Of a stretch of 64,000 bases of DNA, positions 59,313 to 64,000 are shown one piece after another. Position numbers and translations under genes: made by a program. Where the stretch lies: NCBI GenBank assembly GCA_963769425.1, contig CAVYLP010000006.1, positions 960,915 through 1,024,914 on the forward strand, given 5' to 3'. The notes beneath the pieces are model-generated. The model did not search any database, had not been told where the DNA came from, and worked only from the letters and a program-made list of their open reading frames with translations. Position 1 is the stretch's first letter; every line of letters begins with the position of its first letter. This stretch comes from Candidatus Bathyarchaeota archaeon (lineage in GTDB: Archaea; Thermoproteota; Bathyarchaeia; TCS64).

Positions 59313-60160
59313 ATGGTTGTTGAATCTAATATGAAATTAAATTTAATAAATCCTTTTAATGAAATAGATAAAATATTAGCGAGTACAATTTCAATTTGTT
59401 GTGTATTTATTATAGCTTATATAATTGCGATTTCAACTAGAGTGCATATTTATACTGGTTTATATTTGATAATATCTTTCTTGACATTAATTTATTGTAT
59501 CATCTATTTATTAATCCGTAACAATCCGTACATTTTACGAGTAAGAGAGGGTGAGAAAAATAAATATCTCTTTTTAATTTTATATATTTTTATAGTTAGC
59601 TATGTATATAGCATGTTTTTAATTTATAATGGTGAGTTTAGTTATCAGCTCTCTATTAACTATTATTTAATCATCGCTTTAATGTTCGGCTTAGTATCTT
59701 TAGAGATAGTTTACGCAGTTAAAAATATAAAATACATTATTTTATCACAAATTATTATTTTAGGATTAAACATTGGTTTATCTCAGTTGATCATATTTCC
59801 TTACATTTTAGGCGTAGATCCTTGGTGGCATTCAATGATTACGAATAAAATTATCATTGAAGGCTATATTCCTCAAAGTCCATACCAAGGACTTCCGATT
59901 TTCCATCTATTACTTACTTTTGCGTCAATTATCTGCAATATTAATTATAAAACTGCAGAAATTATATTTATTACAATTCCATTAATCGTTATAGGAATAG
60001 TTTTTATATATATGATATCTTTGTTTATCTTCAACGATTATAAAATAAGTTTAATGGCTTCCCTCGTTTTAATAATAGGTAATTATTTCATTAGTTTTAG
60101 TTTTATGCCTATTCCTAACTCGCTGGGCGCATTATTTTTAATTATAATATTATATATACT
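59313..60160 (+). CDS. Polytopic membrane protein (GT-C-like), truncated at the junction
   Basis: Many TM segments, GVDPWWH, Y..LPIFH; hydrophobic pattern stops at 60160. Confidence 0.65.
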
Positions 60161-61294
60161 GATCGACGCCAACCCACCCAACAAGCGCCGTCATCAGCCG
60201 AACCTTGGACGAGTTGCGAAGTGTATCTCCCACAGGTGACCCAGCCGCCCTCGCCTTGGAAGGCGAGGGCAGGTTCCTCGACCGTCGCCCTCCGGTTCTA
60301 CAATAAAGCAGAGGGCGGGAGTTGCTGGGTCAACCACTGTCGCCGTCACTTGGCGAATTGTGCCAGTGCGACTTGTAACGCTGATTCTAAACGGAAGTCT
60401 ATCGGCTTGCAAGTACCAACTGACAGCTAAACTTCGTTACTTCGCACCTCCCAGCAGCCCTCGCAGGGCCTTCTCGATCATCTTGCGGGCCAGCCCCTCC
60501 CGCCACTCCTTCGGAATCCCCGACTCGCCCCAGTACGCCCCGGCAAGCTGCCCGCAGACGGCCCCGGTCGTGTCGGCGTCGTCGCCCAGGTTCACGGCCC
60601 GCAGCACGGCCTCCCGGAAGTCCTTGGCGTCGTGGAACGCCCACAGGGCGGCCTCCAGGCTCTTGACCACGTAGCCGCTGCCGACGATCTCCGGCGGCTT
60701 CTTGCGGCGGAAGCTGCCCGCGGCCACCTCGTCGACCTCGGGATGAAGCGCGTGGATTTCCCTGAGCCGCAGCAAGCGGCTCCCAGTCGGCGGCCAGCAC
60801 CTCCTCGCGGTCGATCCCGTGGATCAGCGCCGCCAAGACCAAGCCCATGTAGGCGCAGGCCGACAGGCACTGCGGGCTGGCGTGGGTCGGCAGGCTGGAT
60901 TCGACCAGCAGCCGGACCAGTTCGTCCAGCCGGTCGGGGAACAGGTCGGCGTAGCGGATCGGCACCGGGGCCAGCCGCATGATCGAGCCGTTGCCGCTGG
61001 CCCGCTCCGAGGGGTCGCCCGACGTTCTGGCATCGCCGGTCTCTCGAGAACCGGCTCAGGGCACTGCGGGTCGTGATGCCGATGTCGAAGCAGCGGCCGT
61101 TGACCGAGTATTCGCCCTTCCGCCACCAGGCGACGTAGCGGCGGGCCTGGTCGTTGAGGTCCCAGCCGACGCTGGCGATGCTGTCGGCCAGGGCGAGGGC
61201 CATGCTGGTGTCGTCGGTCCATTCGCCCGGCGCCAAGCCGTGCGGGCCGCCGCCACGGTAGCCGGTCACCTCGGGGAAGGTGCCCGGCGACTTA

Positions 61295-62257
61295 GAGGCT
61301 ATCCGCAAAGTGATATTGCTGTAACTCGTGTTTTTGTATGATGATGCGCACTTTCCCCTAGCAAAGGAGTGCGCAGATGACCACGATGACGCGGAAGCCG
61401 TATTCGACCGATCTTACCGACGAACAATGGGCCATCCTCGAACCGCTGATTCCGCCTGCCAAGCATGGGGGCCATCCCCGCGAGGTCGATATGCGCGAGG
61501 TGCTCAACACGTTGTTCTATCTCAACCGGACGGGTTGCCAGTGGGACCTGTTGCCCCACGATCTGCTGCCCAAGAGCACGGTCTACCAGTATTTCAAGCA
61601 ATGGCGCGACGACGGCACGTGGCAGCGGATCATGGATGCCCTGCGGGCGCAGGTGCGCGTGGCGGACCAGCGAGAGCCGACGCCCAGCGCCGGTTCGATC
61701 GACAGCCAAACCGTGAAAACGACGGAACGGGGCGGCGAGCACGGCTACGATGGCGGAAAGAAGATCAACGGGCGAAAACGCCATGTTTTCGTGGATACTT
61801 TGGGGCTTTTGCTGGCGGTGGTCGTGACCAGCGCGGCATTGGACGACGGGGCCGCCGCGCCCCAAGTGTTCGCCCAACTCGACAAGGCCAAATGCCCCCG
61901 ACTGACCAAAATCTGGGCGGACAACAAGTATCGCAATCACGAACTGGATCGGTGGCTGGAGAAGCACCGCGACCATTGGGACCTGGAGATCAAGTCCCGG
62001 CCGGAAGGAGCCGTCGGTTTCGCGCCCGTGCCGAAACGATGGGTCGTCGAGCGCACGTTCGCTTGGCTGGGACGGTATCGTCGCCACAGCCGGGACTACG
62101 AACGTCTGACCGAGTCGAGCACCTCGATGTTGCGGATCAGTTCGATTCACCTGATGCTCCGACGGCTTGCGCCGCCCGCACGGGTCGTGCCATTCCACTA
62201 CCGCCAGGCCGCGTGAGCAAACCGCGTATTTTCCGAGAAATCTTTACGGATAGCCTC
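61295..62257 (+). mobile_element. IS5-family (IS1031-like) insertion sequence, 963 bp
   Basis: TIRs GAGGCTATCCGCAAAG / CTTTACGGATAGCCTC; TTA target duplication at 61292-94 and 62258-60. Confidence 0.93.
61377..62216 (+). CDS. IS5-family transposase
   Basis: [43 protein letters not shown]. Confidence 0.95.
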   Translation: MTTMTRKPYSTDLTDEQWAILEPLIPPAKHGGHPREVDMREVLNTLFYLNRTGCQWDLLPHDLLPKSTVYQYFKQWRDDGTWQRIMDALRAQVRVADQREPTPSAGSIDSQTVKTTERGGEHGYDGGKKINGRKRHVFVDTLGLLLAVVVTSAALDDGAAAPQVFAQLDKAKCPRLTKIWADNKYRNHELDRWLEKHRDHWDLEIKSRPEGAVGFAPVPKRWVVERTFAWLGRYRRHSRDYERLTESSTSMLRISSIHLMLRRLAPPARVVPFHYRQAA

Positions 62258-62762
62258 TTAAACTCGACGGCGGCGCCGAGGGCATCCGCGATGGCGAGGC
62301 CGAGGAGGGTTCCACGTTGGCGATCGACCGATAGCATGACGGCATTTTAGCATCGGCGGGGACGTTTGCTAGGCAACGGGAGTGACGATTCGTGCTGGCC
62401 GTGGTGGCTAGACAATTTTGCCACCCTTTGTTACAACCATCTGACGGCCGGGACGTGCCGGGCTCTGCCCCGCCCGGAGTTAGCCGCTACGCCTACCGTC
62501 CCGGCCGCTTTCTGGTTGGAACACTTCGGTTCGGTGCCCAGGGGACGTGGCATTGTCATGGACGGAACCCCGATACCCGAGGCTTGGCCAAAATCGCTTG
62601 CAGAAGCGGCGGAACGACTTGTCAATAGCCTAAGTGACGAGAACCGCATTTGTACGGGATACACTGCTTGAGGACTTGGAGCGGGGACGCGATTACGACC
62701 AGGATGGTAGTGTGGAACTTACGGTGACACATCACAAGTCGCCTCCAATAGCTGCCTTTTAT

Positions 62763-63408
62763 CTAAGCCAGTTCCTTACGCACGGCCCACACCGCTGCCT
62801 GTGTCCGATCGGTGACGCCGATCTTGCGGAGAATGTGCTGAACGTGCTCCTTGACGGTCTCATAGCTGATGTGCAGCGCCTCGGCAATCTGCTTGTTCGT
62901 CAGCCCACTAGGCCAGTTGTCGCAGCACTTCGCTCTCGCGTTGGGTCAAGGCGACTTCGACGTCGGCGGCAAGACGCGGCGTTGCCAGAGCCCCGGTCAC
63001 GCGGCGAAGTTCGTCGCGGGTCCAGAGGTTTTCACCCGCGGCCGCGGTCTTGATCGCGTTGACCAACTCGTCGCGGGTGCAACCTTTCAGCAGATAGCCG
63101 CTGGCCCCCAGGGCGACCGCACGGGCGACATACGTGGGGTTGTCGGAGTAAGAGAACATCAGGATGGGCAGGTCCGGCTTATCCAACTTGATGCGGCCCA
63201 GGGCGTTCAAGCCGTCGCCATCGGACATGCGAACGTCCAGGAGCACGACATCCACCTGGTTCTCCAACGCATACTTCACGGCCGCCTGTCCCGTGGCCAC
63301 TTCGGCGACGACCTTGATCTCCGTGCCTGCCAGCATGCCCTTCAGCCCGCTGCGGACTACTTCGTGGTCGTCGGCGATCAACAATCTGATCTTGCTTTGC
63401 TGGGCCAT
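62763..63408 (-). CDS. NarL/LuxR-family response regulator (frameshift near 62910)
   Basis: LLIADDHEVVR, LLDVRM; HTH continues GLTNKQIA..LHISYETVKEHV..I. Confidence 0.88.
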
Positions 63409-63670
63409 TGGAAACTCCTCGCGTGGAAAGAGGGATTGACGGAAAGGACGTTGGGAACGGTTCCGCGTTGGTGATCGAACGGCCAGCATGACGTCTATTT
63501 TACCTTCGGCAGTGGCGTTTGCCAGTCAGGTGGTGGCCGTGGCGGCTGGCGTGTACCCCCGCCCTCCCCTGGTACATCACTCGGCCGGGAGGTGCCACGC
63601 CTAGCCGACCTGGAAAGGCGTCACGCCTACCCTTCCGGCCAACCTTTTGTTTGGACCTGACGCTGGCCCA

Positions 63671-64000
63671 TCAATCGCCAGAGCGTGCTGTGCCGACACC
63701 AAGTGAGGATTCTGCCTTGGACCGAGTCTTGCGACTGGCAGCCGCAGTTCGACTTTCCGATTCAACCCGTTCCTCCAACGCCTGCCCCGGCTTGAAGATG
63801 ACGGTGCATCGCTTGGGCACCATGACCTTTTCCCCGGTACGCGGGTTGCGGGCTCTCCGAGCTTTCCGCCACCGCACCTCGAAGACGCCGAAGTTGCGGA
63901 GTTCGACCCGGCCTTCCTCAACGAGCGTGTTCACGATGGCGTCGAATAGATTCATGAACGATCTGAGCAATACGTAATGGGCCCCAAGAGGGTTACACAT
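63671..64000 (-). CDS. HU/IHF DNA-binding protein (5' part incomplete)
   Basis: GRVELRNFGVF..R.ARNPRTGE.V....FKPG. Confidence 0.9.
   Translation of the reverse strand: MCNPLGAHYVLLRSFMNLFDAIVNTLVEEGRVELRNFGVFEVRWRKARRARNPRTGEKVMVPKRCTVIFKPGQALEERVESESRTAAASRKTRSKAESSLGVGTARSGD

Larger units (their letters stand above)
60437..62337 (-). pseudogene. ADP-ribosylglycohydrolase interrupted by an IS (plus two frameshifts)
   Basis: GLAIADALGAAVEF|KSPG rejoins after removing the IS; [26 protein letters not shown]. Confidence 0.88.
60161..64000. other. High-GC bacterial (Planctomycetota-like) segment, probable chimeric join
   Basis: Abrupt AT-to-GC switch mid-gene at a GATC; bacterial genes (HU/IHF, NarL-type regulator, IS5). 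Confidence 0.8.

Noticed and set aside
62558-62671. Short ORF with WPKSLAEAAERLV
   Set aside because: Possibly a gene fragment, but too short and broken to call.
60161-64000. Genuine bacterial island in the archaeal chromosome
   Set aside because: Mid-gene break at GATC, no mobility boundary, and housekeeping-type cargo such as HU/IHF.

Overview
Positions 1 to ~60160 read as archaeal chromosome, most consistent with Bathyarchaeia/TACK (inferred from TFB, thermosome-like chaperonin, Cgi121, DUF1512, crenarchaeal-type SSB, a stand-alone 5S rRNA and intron-containing tRNAs). The first ~38 kb is GC-rich housekeeping and metabolic DNA. From ~38 kb GC falls through an accessory stretch: a TFB paralog, a degenerate chaperonin, a decayed heme-copper oxidase locus, alanine racemase, tRNA-Met with a small att-bounded islet, a Tat locus and an AT-rich glycosylation cluster. 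At a GATC at 60161 the sequence switches abruptly to high-GC bacterial (Planctomycetota-like) DNA carrying an IS5-family element in an ADP-ribosylglycohydrolase gene; this is probably a chimeric join. Many single-base insertions look like read errors. The best novelty candidate is a ~600-nt ORF-less, densely base-paired element (~47760-48360) between convergent tatC and tatA; the non-Watson-Crick pairs within its helices are G-U on the + strand, as expected for a large structured ncRNA. All annotations were made by eye, with no database searches.
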